Both the position numbers and the translations under genes were made by a program. From assembly GCF_006345805.1 (NCBI RefSeq), contig NC_043003.1:3968001-4032000 (forward strand): a stretch of DNA of 64,000 nucleotides, given 5' to 3'. This DNA comes from Octopus sinensis (lineage: Eukaryota). Below the pieces are notes generated by a model. That model was not told the DNA's origin, did no database searches, and saw only the letters and a program-made list of their open reading frames with translations. This document shows positions 1 to 12,082 of this stretch, piece after piece. Position 1 is the first letter of the stretch. The number at the start of each line of letters is the position of its first letter.

Positions 1-267
1 AGGGAGAGGACAGACAGTATTTTTTCCCTTTTCTGATGCATGTTGTTGCACGGTGGTGGTGGTGGCGGCAGTGGTGGTGGTTTCAATGTTTATTGAGTAA
101 CCAAAATCTTTCTTTCATCTTCTGCTCTTTTATTCAGTTTGGCCCCTGTTCTACTCCTCCCCCACCCCCAGCACCTCCAACAGAATGTAGGCCATTGAGT
201 TTCCTCTTTAAAACTTCATCATTTCTCATGTAATATACACACACACACACATACACAGACATATTTA

Positions 268-460
268 TCATCATCATCGTTCAACGTCCGCTTTCCAAGC
301 TAGGCATGGGTTGGACGGTTCGACCGGGGATCTGGGATGCCAGGAAGCTGCACCAGGCTCCAGTCTGATCTGGCAGAGTTTCTACAGCTGGATGCCCTTC
401 TTAACGCCAACCATTCCGTGACTGTAGTGGGTGCTTTTTACATGCCACCGGCCCTGGGGC
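268..460 (-). mobile_element. RTE-LINE-type 3' end / tail-sharing SINE (family A), 5'-truncated
   Basis: Reverse complement of the recurrent ...GGAAGGGCATCCAGCTGTAGAAAC...CATGGAAAACGGACGTTAAAC(GAT)n end seen more than 20 times in the window. Confidence 0.8.
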
Positions 461-496
461 CATAGAAACACACACATACTTACATTATATATATAT

Positions 497-818
497 GAAG
501 GCACATGGCTTAGTGGTTAGGGTATTTGACTCACGATTGTAAGGTCGTGAGCTCAATTCCTGGTGACGCGTTGTGTCCTTGAGCAAGACACTTTACTTCA
601 CATTGCTCCAGTCCACTCAGCTGGCAAAAATGAGTTGTATCTGCATTTCAAAGGGGACATCCTTGTTGCACTCTGTGTCACGCTGAATCTCCCTGAGAAC
701 TAAGTTAGGGGTACACATGTCTGTGGATTACTCAGCCACTTACACATTAATTTCACGAGCAAGCTGTTCTGCTGATTGGATCAGCTGGGACCCTCGTCAT
801 CGTAACCGACAGAATGCT
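497..818 (+). mobile_element. tRNA-derived SINE with CORE-like domain
   Basis: A-box-like TGGCTTAGTGG, B-box-like GAGCTCAATTCC, then TGTGTCCTTGAGCAAGACACTTTAC resembling the CORE-SINE domain; 3' part shared with 10395-10582. Confidence 0.75.
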
Positions 819-899
819 CTGTCTTAGAAAGAACTTTTTCTTCGCCCATTCCCTTCCAATCATTTCATAATGTAACCACATGTGAATCATTCCTCCCTC

Positions 900-1238
900 T
901 TACTGGCACCTGTGCCAGTGGCATGGGAAAAATATTTGAGCGAATTCGTTGCTCCTGTGGGCTCCTGTGCAGGTGGCATGTAAAAAACACCAATTGAGCG
1001 TGGCCATTGCCAGTACCACCTGACTGGCTCTCATGCCGGTGGCATGTAAAAGCACCTACTACACTCTCGGAGTGGTTGGCGTGAGGAAGGGCATCCAGCT
1101 GTAGAAACTCTGCTAGATCAGATTGGAGCCTGGTGCAGCCATTTGGCTTGCCAGTCCTCAGTCAAATCGTCCAACCCATGCCACCATGGAAAACGGACGT
1201 TAAACGACGATGATAATAATGATGATGATAATGATGAT
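900..1238 (+). mobile_element. Family A RTE-type 3' end with (GAT)n tail
   Basis: Same motifs as 268-460 in sense orientation, ends GGACGTTAAACGACGATGATAATAATGATG. Confidence 0.8.
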
Positions 1239-1242
1239 GTAG

Positions 1243-1862
1243 ATATATATATATGTATGTATATATGTATCTGTATATATATATATATATATTCCTTCTT
1301 AGTCTTATGTCTAAGATCAAGGTGTAATATTTAGTCTAAACAGTTTAATATATATATTTATGTATATCTGGGTGGTTGGTGTTAGGAGGGGTATCCAGCT
1401 GCAACATTCCTGCCAAATCAGTCACAGAAGTCTGGTGCAGGCTTCTGCCTGGCCGGCTGCCGTCAAACTCTCCCACCCATGCTAGCATGGAAGGTGGAAG
1501 TTAAACGATGATGATAAGGCTTAAATTCCTAACATGCCAGCTGAATTCAATTTGTTTCCAGTCGAAAGACGCCTGTTGTGATGTTTTTCATATTATTTTT
1601 GTATTTATATTCGTGTAACATCGTCCGTTTTTCCTTCCTTGTTTCTTATACATTCGAAGCTTTTTTCCAAGGAATCTAATACTCTTAGCTTAGTTTTTCC
1701 TTGGGCTGGCCAGATTAGAGCAATCTCAAGATTAATCAGCCGAAATTGCGAGGATGATCTGGTTCTTGACTGAAGATTAAAGGCTTCGAATAACCCGTCT
1801 GTGTTTTTTATATCGTCTTCTGGATGCTTTGTGTTCTTGTCCCATTTTGTATTTTTATTATG

Positions 1863-1916
<54 letters not shown>

Positions 1917-1924
1917 ATATATAC

Positions 1925-1982
<58 letters not shown>

Positions 1983-1990
1983 ATATAATA

Positions 1991-2081
<91 letters not shown>

Positions 2082-2819
2082 TAGAATAGAACACTTACAC
2101 ATTCACACACACACCTGCTCACACATACACGCGCACACACACAATCACACACACACACACGCAAATAAACCAAAGATCTACATAGTGGTCATCCTTATTA
2201 TATATATATATGTATGTATATATGTATCTGTATATATATATATATATATTCCTTCTCAGTCTTATGTCTAAGATCAAGGTGTAATATTTAGTCTAAACAG
2301 TTTAATATATATATTTATGTATATCTGGGTGGTTGGTGTTAGGAGGGGTATCCAGCTGCAACATTCCTGCCAAATCAGTCACAGAAGTCTGGTGCAGGCT
2401 TCTGCCTGGCCGGCTGCCGTCAAACTCTCCCACCCATGCTAGCATGGAAGGTGGAAGTTAAACGATGATGATAAGGCTTAAATTCCTAACATGCCAGCTG
2501 AATTCAATTCGTTTCCAGTCGAAAGACGCCTGTTGTGATGTTTTTCATATTATTTTTGTATTTATATTCGTGTAACATCGTCCGTTTTTCCTTCCTTGTT
2601 TCTTATACATTCGAAGCTTTTTTCCAAGGAATCTAATACTCTTAGCTTAGTTTTTCCTTGGGCTGGCCAGATTAGAGCAATCTCAAGATTAATCAGCCGA
2701 AATTGCGAGGATGATCTGGTTCTTGACTGAAGATTAAAGGCTTCGAATAACCCGTCTGTGTTTTTTATATCGTCTTCTGGATGCTTTGTGTTCTTGTCCC
2801 ATTTTGTATTTTTATTATG

Positions 2820-2913
<94 letters not shown>

Positions 2914-3051
2914 ACACACATATATAGAATAGAACACTTACACATTCACACACACACCTGCTCACACATACACGCGCACACACACAATCACACACACACA
3001 CACACACACACGCAAATAAACCAAAGATCTACATAGTGGTCATCCTTATTA
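1243..3051. repeat. Tandem duplication, two units of about 960 and 850 bp
   Basis: 1292 TTCCTTCTTAGTCTTATG matches 2249 TTCCTTCTCAGTCTTATG and identity continues to ...GGTCATCCTTATTA at 2200 and 3051; units differ mainly in (TA)n and (CA)n length. Confidence 0.95.
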
Positions 3052-3125
3052 ATATATATATATGTATATGTGTGTGTGTGCATGTATATATGTATGTGTA
3101 TGCATGTGTGTGTATGTATATATAT

Positions 3126-3395
3126 AGTGTGAAAGGTGTTTATAAGCCATTTGAGAAACACACAAAATCCGTTAGATTCACTTCAACATTTAAATTTAAT
3201 TTGTCGAAGTATTTTCGTCGCTTTCAGACCGTGACCTGTTCACTGCAAAACTTCAAGATGCAGCACGAAGTTTTGTCAGTGAACAGGTTGCGGTCTCAAA
3301 GCGAGGAAAATACTTCGACAAATTAAATTTAAATGTTGAAGTGAATCTAACGGATTTTGTGTGTTTTTAAATGGCTTATAAACACCTTCCACGCT
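3126..3395. repeat. 270-bp palindrome (about 129-bp arms, 12-nt loop); each arm holds a variant hammerhead-like fold
   Basis: AGTGTGAAAGGTGTTTATAAGCC...CAAAACTTC / GAAGTTTTG...GGCTTATAAACACCTTCCACGCT; single-arm copy at 58830-58965. Confidence 0.9.
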
Positions 3396-3457
3396 GCAAT
3401 TGTTTTTATTCCAGTACAAGATCTCAGATCAAGTCACTCGCTATGCAAGTACATCTC

Positions 3458-3506
<49 letters not shown>

Positions 3507-4194
3507 GCTGTCGCCTCGTGGATATATATTTCCCTGGCTTCTTTGCTGACGAGACAGGCCAGTGGCAAATAGATTTAATTTAATTTAATTGGTTTGCCAA
3601 TATGTATGTCGAAACTATGCATAGTCCAAAGATGATAAGGGCAAATGTTTTTATTTTCCTTTGATTTCTGAATTACTACTATTTAGCGGTTTGAGTTTAG
3701 CTGCTCTTTCTAGTGGGTCGAATGGCCTATCAAGGCCATTCCTTAATATTGTTATATATATATATATATACATATGGCAAAAATATACTACATAGTTTCT
3801 ACACAGTCACATTCCAGGTATTACCACACACACACACACAAACTTACATATATTGCCTGCACGCTCACGCATACCTGACATATGCTTCCATGAAATACAC
3901 ACACACACACACACACTCCTATCTCCCCTCTGTAAAATTGGTCACAAATACCTCTTCTCTCTCTCTCTCTCTCTCTCTCCCTCTCTTATTTTCACCTTCT
4001 TTGTGAATGAGTCATGAGCTTCTGTGAGTTCCTTCCAGAGCTAAAATCTCTGTTTGCTTCATTTCTTTCACTCTTACCTTAACATGATAGTCCACATTAC
4101 CTGCAATTAGTACATTATTTAATGAATGTGGTTCGCTCTGAAAATAGTTGCTAGTAGGAGGAAAGCTTTCAGAGAGAGAGTCTCCCTTACATTT

Positions 4195-4705
4195 AACACT
4201 GTATCTACCTGTAGCACCTGTCTATATCTCTAACTCTTCCATCTAACTGTAATACTTCTAAAGCCTGTGTCTGACTTTACCTGTAACTCCTGTATCACAG
4301 GTATCACCTATGTCATCTAACTACTTATAACTTCTGTGTCTAGCTGTAGCATCTGTAGCTATCTCTAACACCTGTATTATCCGTGTCTACCTGTAGCATC
4401 TATACCACTTGCAACACCTGTGCCTACTCATAACTCCTCTGTCAACCTGTATTTCACTCTATCTACCTGTAATGCTGGTGTCTATTAGTAACTAACTATC
4501 TACCTATAGCATGTGTCACCTGTAACTAACTCTATTCACCTGCATTACTTTTATGCTATGGTAAATTCTATAACACACCTGCAGCACTTGTCTCTAATTG
4601 AATTTCTATGTATCTACTTGTAACACTTATTTTTACCTGTAACGCCAGTATATAAATGCATCTAGTACTTGCATTATTTGTATTACCTATATCACCTGTA
4701 TTAGC
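4195..4705. repeat. Old degenerate minisatellite built on ACCTGTA/TCTA motifs
   Basis: Recurrent TACCTGTAGCA, CACCTGTAAC, TATCTACCTG at irregular 9-20 bp spacing. Confidence 0.7.
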
Positions 4706-4707
4706 AT

Positions 4708-4869
4708 TAAGGTAAAGAGTAAAGACCTTCTCCGGTCATGAATGACCATGGGATTGCACCTGGAAAGTTACTCTCCGAGGCACAAGGCCGGGCAAGGTTG
4801 GTTATGGAAGACCAGCAGTCGTCCATGCATACCAGCCTCCTGTCTCCATGCCAATGATGTCATCCAAGG
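4708..4869 (-). mobile_element. 3' half of a CORE-type SINE with an RTE/BovB-like tail
   Basis: Reverse complement ends ...GTCATTCATGACCGGAGAAGGTCTTTACTCTTTACCTT; matches 5525-5670 and 8148-8270. Confidence 0.75.
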
Positions 4870-5120
4870 CCCATGGCTTAGTGGTTAGAGCATCAGGCTC
4901 ACAAGCATGAGGTAGTGAGTTCGATTCCTGGACCGGGCAGCGTGTTGTGTGCTTGAGCAAGACACTTCATTTCATGTTGCTCCAGTTCACTCATCTCTAG
5001 ATATGAATTGTGACATCACTGGTGCCAAGTTGTATCGGCCCCTTTGCCTTTCCCTTGGATAACATCGGTGGCGTGGAGAGGGGGAGGCTGGTATGCATGG
5101 GCGACTGCTGGCCTTCCATT
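4870..5120 (+). mobile_element. tRNA-CORE SINE, 3'-truncated
   Basis: TGGCTTAGTGGTTAGAGC A box, GAGTTCGATTCC B box, TTGAGCAAGACACTT CORE-like segment. Confidence 0.8.
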
Positions 5121-5417
5121 ACATTGACCCCAGTACGCAACTGGTACTAAATTTATCGGCCCCGAATTTGAACCCAGAATGTTAAGACAGATGAAATACC
5201 GCTAAGGATAGTTAGATGGAAATATTGACAGAGAGAGAGAGGGAGACAAGTGGTGTTTGGGGTGGTATCGGGACCTACCCATATTAATAATGATTTCAGA
5301 TTTTGGCACAAGGCCAGCAATTTCAGGGGAGGGTGGCACCAAACATAATTCTTAATTTCTAAACTTGGCTTTTTATTCTGTAAAATTCTTTTAAGAGTAT
5401 GTCTTTGCTGGTTCCCA

Positions 5418-5670
5418 ATCTTGAGATAGTGAGTTCAATTCCCAGATCAGGCTTTGTGCTGAGTTGCTCCAGTTCACATAACTGTAGAAATAAGTTGCGA
5501 TGTCACTGTAGCATGGCCTGTGCCTTGTCCCTTGGATAACACTGGTGGCGTGGAGAAGGGAGGCCGGTATGCATGGGCGACTGCTGGTCTTCCCTAAAAA
5601 CATGCTTGCTCGGACTTGTGCCTTGGAGGTGAACTTTCTAGTTGCAATTCCATCCATGGTCATCCATGAT
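5418..5670 (+). mobile_element. Same SINE family, degenerate copy
   Basis: GAGTTCAATTCC, CCCTTGGATAACACTGGTGGCGTGGAG...GGTCATCCATGATCG. Confidence 0.7.
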
Positions 5671-7093
5671 CGAGGGGTGGGATGGATCTTTACCCTGCAC
5701 AAATTACAGAAGGCTGGTCTGAAGAACTTAGGTATTTTCTGCTAACATCCATGTTGCTTCCTACTGCTGCTGCATGGGGAATATGACCCTCCAGTTGACA
5801 GCTGGAATGTCTCACAATGCAAGTTCTATGCAAGATGTATACACTGTCTCATCCTGTCTCTCCATATCTGTTCCTATTGTTTCCTGTGCAGCACGAGGGT
5901 TGGTTGAAATGACAGAATAGAAACGTTCCATGTGGTGGCCATCATGCATGATGATGCCCCTAAGGCCCAAAGAAAGGGTGGGAAGAGGGTGGAGGGGGGT
6001 TGCTGTGCCAGCTGGTGTTCATCTCTGTGTATGTGTGCTGACCCATGAAGAGTGTCTTGTAAAGACAGAACCTCCCTCCCCACCTCCGCCCCTGCACACA
6101 CAAGGGACCATGGTTGGTACTGTGTTAGGGGTGAGGACAGGAGTGGGGCACCCACCCAGCCAGGCAGACAACAACTATTTCATAATAGAGGTAGGGAGTG
6201 AGTGAGCAGGGTGGTACTGCTGTTTGGTGGTGGTGGTGGTGGTGGGGGGGTTCATGTGTGTGTGTGTGTGTGTTGTAGCAGAAATGAGGGTGGAGGTGGT
6301 TAGAGGGTGGATGGAGGGTGGAGGTGCTGGTTGATGTGTGTCAACCCTGGATTTGGTTATTGTCTTCTTCACCTGTGTAGAGAAGAAAAGGAAAGGGGTG
6401 GTGGTGGTGGTGGTGGAGTATGGTTTGTTGTGGGATAACGGGGTGGGAGAAAGGTAGTGATGGAGAGGGAGCAGGTGTTGGGGGGAGATTGGCTCCTTCT
6501 CTACTTCCACCATTGCTTCCACCCATCACCACTCCTACCACCATCACTTCCATCATTACTCCCACTGTTGTTACTGTTACTACCACCACCACCACCACTA
6601 CTACCACCACCACCACTACCACCACCACTACCACCACCACCACCACTACCACCACAGCAAGGAAGTCTACTAAAACAGGATTATAAGAAACGCGAGGGTG
6701 GCAGTAGCGGTGGTGGTTAGTTTATTGACGGTTTGGTTAAAGTTGTGGTATGAGTGGTGCCGTGATTGGAACAAATGAAAATTACAAAGAATGAAAATAG
6801 GTGCAAATGAAGACTTTTCATTTTCTTTCTTCTTCTTTGTCCGTGTGTAGAATACAAGACAAAAAAAAACAACAAAAAGACCAACAAAAAGGCACAACTT
6901 CACTATTTCCGTTTCTCACATTTTTGCATAGAAAAGATTCCGTGAGGAAAGTTATGCAATATGTGTGGGCAGTGTGGCATAACTTTCCACATCAAATCAT
7001 TTACGTTGCAATTGTTCCGTCCATGCCAGCATGGAAGATGGATGCTGAACGATGAGGATGATAAAATGAAGATGAAGAGGTTAGAAATGGTTG

Positions 7094-7330
7094 AAAGGCG
7101 GTGAGCTGGCAGAATCAATAGCACGCCGGGCGAAATGCTTAGCGGCATTTCGTCTGCCGCTACGTTCTGAGTTCAAATTCTGCCGAGGTCGACTTTGCCT
7201 TTCATCCTTTCGGGGTCGATAAATTAAGTACCAGTTATACACTGGGGTCAATATAATCGACTTAATCCGTTTGTCTGTCCTTGTTTGTTCCCTCTATGTT
7301 TAGCCCCTTGTGGGCAATAAAGAAATAAGA
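7094..7330 (+). mobile_element. tRNA-derived SINE (family C; resembles octopus OK-type SINE from memory)
   Basis: GGCGGTGAGCTGGCAGAATC...GAGTTCAAATTC...GTCGACTTTGCCTTTCATCCTTTCGGGGTCGATAAATTAAGTACC; further copies at 20390, 21676, 33430 and 36515. Confidence 0.8.
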
Positions 7331-8147
7331 AATGGTGTGCGACAGAAACAATTGTACCTAATTACAAAGTTGTGTTCTGTTCATTTCTTGTCTTCTTGCT
7401 CGCATCAGACATTGCTTCTCTGCCATACTTTTTGCCAAAGATGTCCCTGGAGTTTCTGCTCCTTCGGGCTTTGGATTTTTCTCATTGCTGCACTTTAAGA
7501 ATGAAGATATCCAAGTGTTTGGGTTTAGTGTTGCATTGAAAATATACCAATTTTCTAACTTATAACCACCTGCACCTCCCACCACACACACTATGCACGT
7601 GTGTAATCAGCCACTACTCTCTCGGAGTGGTTGGCATTAAGAAGGGCATCCAACTGTAGAGAGAGACCTTTGCCAGATCAGATTGGAGCCTGGCACAGCC
7701 TCCTGGCTTGTTGGTCCTCAATCAAACCGTCCAACCCATGCTAGCATGGAAAACAGACGTTAAATGATGATGATGATGATGCTATGGCAAAGGAAAGATG
7801 GAAGAGGGAATATACAAGAAATTATTATTAATTTTGACAATTGTTTCAACATATCTAGCATCGATCCCTCACAGGTGGAACACTCTAAAACTGGTAATGA
7901 TACACACACACACACATATATATAACTAATCAAAGGGCTTACTAATTATAGGCTATTATGCCGGTCCATGTGAGTCCAAATACTTGAATGTATGCTGGGA
8001 GATTGTCTTAGCTCGTTTGCCTTCTGATGGGTGATTTCTGTAGTTATTTTCAGTGTATTTTGGCAATTTAAATAAGAGTTTTTACTGTTATTTCCAGCAG
8101 GTAGAAATGCTTAGTATAATCTTTGATTAATTTTAATCCTTCAGATA

Positions 8148-8450
8148 TGACCATGGGATTGCACCTAGAAAGTTATCCTCTGAGACACAAGTCCGGGTAA
8201 GGTTGTTTATGGAAAACCAGCAGTTCCCTCCCCTCTCCACACCACTGATGTTATCCAAGGGAAAGGCAAAGGGGCCGATACAGCTTGGCACCAATGACGT
8301 CGCAACTCATTCATACAGCTGAGTTAACTGGAGCAATCTGAAATAAAGTGTTTTGCTCAAGAGCACAACATGCAGCCCAGTCCGGTCCCAGAATCGAACT
8401 CACAACCTCACGATCGTAAGCTCGATGCTCTAATCACTGAGCCATGTGCC
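8148..8450 (-). mobile_element. Near full-length tRNA-CORE SINE
   Basis: Reverse complement of the 4870-5120 head joined to the 4708-4869 tail. Confidence 0.8.
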
Positions 8451-8633
8451 AATGAGAGTACCAGACTCATCTTGGCCCTTTTTGGCCATTTCAATGGTTT
8501 GTACTCCCAGCCAGACTCTTGCTTGGACAAGAATTTGCCATCTTTGATGTAGAGGAGAGCAATGTTGCAAATAGCTGATATTATCTCATACAAACACTGC
8601 AGTAACTGTCTATCAATGGCGTATATACATGAA

Positions 8634-8715
<82 letters not shown>

Positions 8716-8805
8716 AGTTCAGCAAAATTTAGATTCAGATGAATATGGTACTTAAAGGCACCTGAATTTTGTATGGTATTATCCATATAAATCAAATGGG
8801 GTGAT

Positions 8806-8991
8806 TATAATCAAAATAAGCAACAAGGATATCCAAGGTAATGTAGTACAATTGTTTCATGCTACTTCATTTTAATAAAATGTTTAATAAGATTTCAATA
8901 AAATGTTTAATAAAGTGTTTAATAAAAGAAAGTAGCATGAAACAATTGTACTACTCTACCTTGGATATACTTGTTGCTTATTTTGATTATA
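8806..8991. repeat. Palindrome, 62-bp arms with 3 mismatches, AATAAA-rich tandem spacer
   Basis: TATAATCAAAATAAGCAACAAG...ATGCTACTT / AAGTAGCAT...CTTGTTGCTTATTTTGATTATA. Confidence 0.9.
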
Positions 8992-9577
8992 GGTTGCTAT
9001 TCTTAATTAAATATGGCCTCAATTGGGTACCCGGATATAAATATATAACTACATGATTGACTTCATTAGAGTTGGTGGTGGTGGTGATGGTGGTAGTATT
9101 TACAAATAACACAAAGTCACATGACTGCACAAGTTATTCCAGGTGGCGGCGGCAGTGGTGGTGGTGGTGGTGGTGGTGGTGGTGGTAACTACAGCAACAA
9201 CAATTTGTCGAATAAAACATTTTCTGATCTAACAACCTTCGTTGGTGGAAGCGTTTCTTTTGTTTTGCATTTGGAAATGTTCTGCTTCATATTGGGTCAA
9301 ATATTTTCTTTGAGATTTGGTAACAGAGTGGGAAGGGGGGAGGGAGGGAGGAAGGAAGGAAGGAAGGAAATGGTGAGATTGGGTGGGCATGGGGAAGGGC
9401 CAAGGTAGTGAGGTACATTCTGGTAACGAGATAGTTGTGTGTGTTGGATCTTGTTTTGATTATGTATATATGTGTATGTATATATATTCACATATGTGCA
9501 TGTGTATATATGTGTGTGTATATATATGGAGATATATGTATGTGTGTGTCTTTTTGTCTCTCCCCTCCATATTTTGC

Positions 9578-9632
<55 letters not shown>

Positions 9633-9750
9633 ATATATATATATATTATATATATATATAGATATACATACATGCACACACTAATACACCTGCTTATTGT
9701 TCGCACACCTGTTTTACTTTTGTTTTCTGTAAATTTGAACTATGTGTGTG

Positions 9751-9783
<33 letters not shown>

Positions 9784-9788
9784 ATCAG

Positions 9789-10095
9789 TGCAGGAGTGGC
9801 TGTATGGTAAGTAGCTTGCTTACAAACCACATGGTTCTGGGTTCAGTCTCACTGCATGGCACCTTGGGGAAGTGTCTTCCACTATAGCCTCAGGCTGACT
9901 AAAGCCATGTGAGTGAATTTGGTAGATGGAAATATGTATATGTTTGCTTGACAACCGGTACTGGTGTGTTTACATCTCCATAACTTAGTGGTTCGGCAAA
10001 AGATAACTGATAGAATAAGTACTAGGCTTATAAAGAATAAGTCCTGGGTGCTGCAGCATGGCTGCAATCAAAATTACTGAAACAAAGAAAAGAAA
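9789..10095 (+). mobile_element. tRNA-derived SINE family B
   Basis: GTGCAGGAGTGGCTGTATGGTAAG...GGTTCAGTCTCA...CACCTTGGGGAAGTGTCTT...CAGCATGGCTGCA...ACTGAAACAAAG. Confidence 0.8.
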
Positions 10096-10101
10096 AGAAT
10101 A

Positions 10102-10158
<57 letters not shown>

Positions 10159-10195
10159 AATCAAATCAAGACTTAACAATTATGTATTATTGCAG

Positions 10196-10582
10196 TGTGT
10201 GGAGGCACAATGACCCAGTGGTTAGGGCAGCAGACTCGTGGTCCTAGGGTTGTGGTTTCGCTTCCCAGACCGAGCATTGTGAGCGTTTATTCAATGGAAA
10301 CACCTAAAGGCTCCACGAGGCTCCGGCAGGGGGCGGTGGTGATCCCTGCTTTACTCTTTCACCACAACTTTCTCTCACTCTTACTTCCTGTTTCTGTTTT
10401 ACCTGCATTTCAAAGGGGCCAGCCTTGTCACACTTTGTGTCACGCTGAATCTCCTCGAGAACTACGTTAAGGGTACACGTGTCTGTGGAATACTCAACCA
10501 CTTGCACATTAATTTCACAAGCAGGCTGTTCTGTTGATCGAATCAGCTGGGGCCCTCGTCGTCATATCCGACAGAGTGCCAC
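10196..10582 (+). mobile_element. Chimeric tRNA SINE: head shared with 22937, tail shared with 497-818
   Basis: GGAGGCACAATGACCCAGTGG...GAAACACCTAAAGGCTCCAC...CACAACTTTCTCTC, then CCTGCATTTCAAAGGGG...CTCGTCGTCATATCCGACAG. Confidence 0.75.
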
Positions 10583-11064
10583 AACTGCAGTGTGCCCCTC
10601 CCTAAGCCTGTGTATTTGTGTGTGTGTGTGTGTGTACACCTGAATGAGCCCCACTGCTGTACTGTGCCAGCAGAGGTTGAACCCCTGTCCCACACTTTTT
10701 AATCTCTCTCTTTACGGTTGGCCCCCCCCATTATATACCACAGTAATGTTTCTCTCTCCCCCTCCCGTCGCCCTCTCCCTCTTTCTCCCCCCCCATTTCT
10801 TTCTCCCTCACACACATTCACTGTTGTATAGACATGCATGCACACATTTGCAGTATACAGTCTATAGTTGTGTGTGTATACTGTACGACACACACACACA
10901 CATACACACACTACTGTAGAGTAATATATACTAATGCACAATTACACACACGCACACACACACACCTCCACAGTGTACCTTACCTGTCCCACTTCTGTTA
11001 CCTGTTCAGAGAGTTTTGAAGGTAACTCCTTACTGTTTATGGTGGTCTTCATGTATGTGTGTGT

Positions 11065-11165
<101 letters not shown>

Positions 11166-11770
11166 TATGTCTCTGTGTGTGTATGTATGTATGTATGAGT
11201 GTATATATGTGTATCTATATATATGTATATATGTGTGTGTATATACATACAGAACTCCCTAAAAACACCTATTTCAGGATCGTATTACACACTCATACAC
11301 TTACAGATATACACTTACAGTTACACAGCCATATACTCTCACACACAATACAGTTTCTCTCCCCCATCTCTCTCTGTCTCACTCTCTCACCCCCTCTCGC
11401 ACAGTCTTATCCACTCACCTCTCCCCTCTTTCTGATCTTCAGCAGTCTCTCACCTGTACATATTGCAACATCACAGCCATCACCTGTCTTATTATTATTA
11501 TAATAATAATCACAAGAAGTTATTGTTGCTGTTGGAAGGGTCCAACCAGATCCCTATTGTGGTGGTTAAGGAACCCTTAGGTTATCTCCCATCTGGCATC
11601 ACACTCTCTCCATATGTCTGATACCACTGTGGTTTTTGCTATACTTTAGCGCCACCTAGCTGCAGACCTTACTGTAAACTCTGACATGGTCATGTGTTAG
11701 TGTTTTGGGGTTGAGGGGTGGCGAAGTGTATGTCCATTGTTGTTGGATAACAAAGATACCAGTAATATAC

Positions 11771-12082
11771 ATCATCATCATCATCATTGTTTAATGTCTG
11801 TTTTCCAAGCTGGCATGGGTTGGACGGTTCGACTGGGGTCTGGGAAGTCAGGAGGCTGCACCAGGCCCCAATCTGATCTGGCAGTGTTTCTACAACTGGA
11901 TGCCCTTCCTATTGCCAACCACTCTAAGAGTGTAGTGGGTGCTTTTTACATGTCACTGGCACAAGGGCCAGAGGAGCTGGCATCGATCACGATCGGATGG
12001 TACTTTTTATGTGCCACCGGCAGGGAAGCCAGCCAAAGCGGCACTGGCATCTGCCATGTTCGGATGGTGCTTTTTACGTGCT
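11771..12082 (-). mobile_element. Family A RTE-type 3' end
   Basis: (CAT)n tail followed by family A motifs. Confidence 0.8.

Noticed and set aside
497-570. tRNA genes at SINE heads (also 4870, 22940, 26702, 51430)
   Set aside because: A and B boxes are present but no complete cloverleaf; each continues into repeat body sequence.
1700-1800. Hammerhead in the duplicated unit (GGCTG/CAGCC-GAAA and a downstream CTGAAGA)
   Set aside because: The parts are not in a valid order and stems I and III cannot be formed.
1801-2271. YI/HT/CV-rich ORFs here and throughout the track
   Set aside because: Translations of (TA)n, (CA)n and (TG)n microsatellites.
10975-11030. Minus-strand CAG|GTAAGG donor with an 18-nt AG|GT microexon (VTEVGQ)
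   Set aside because: The acceptor lacks a convincing pyrimidine tract; no other support.
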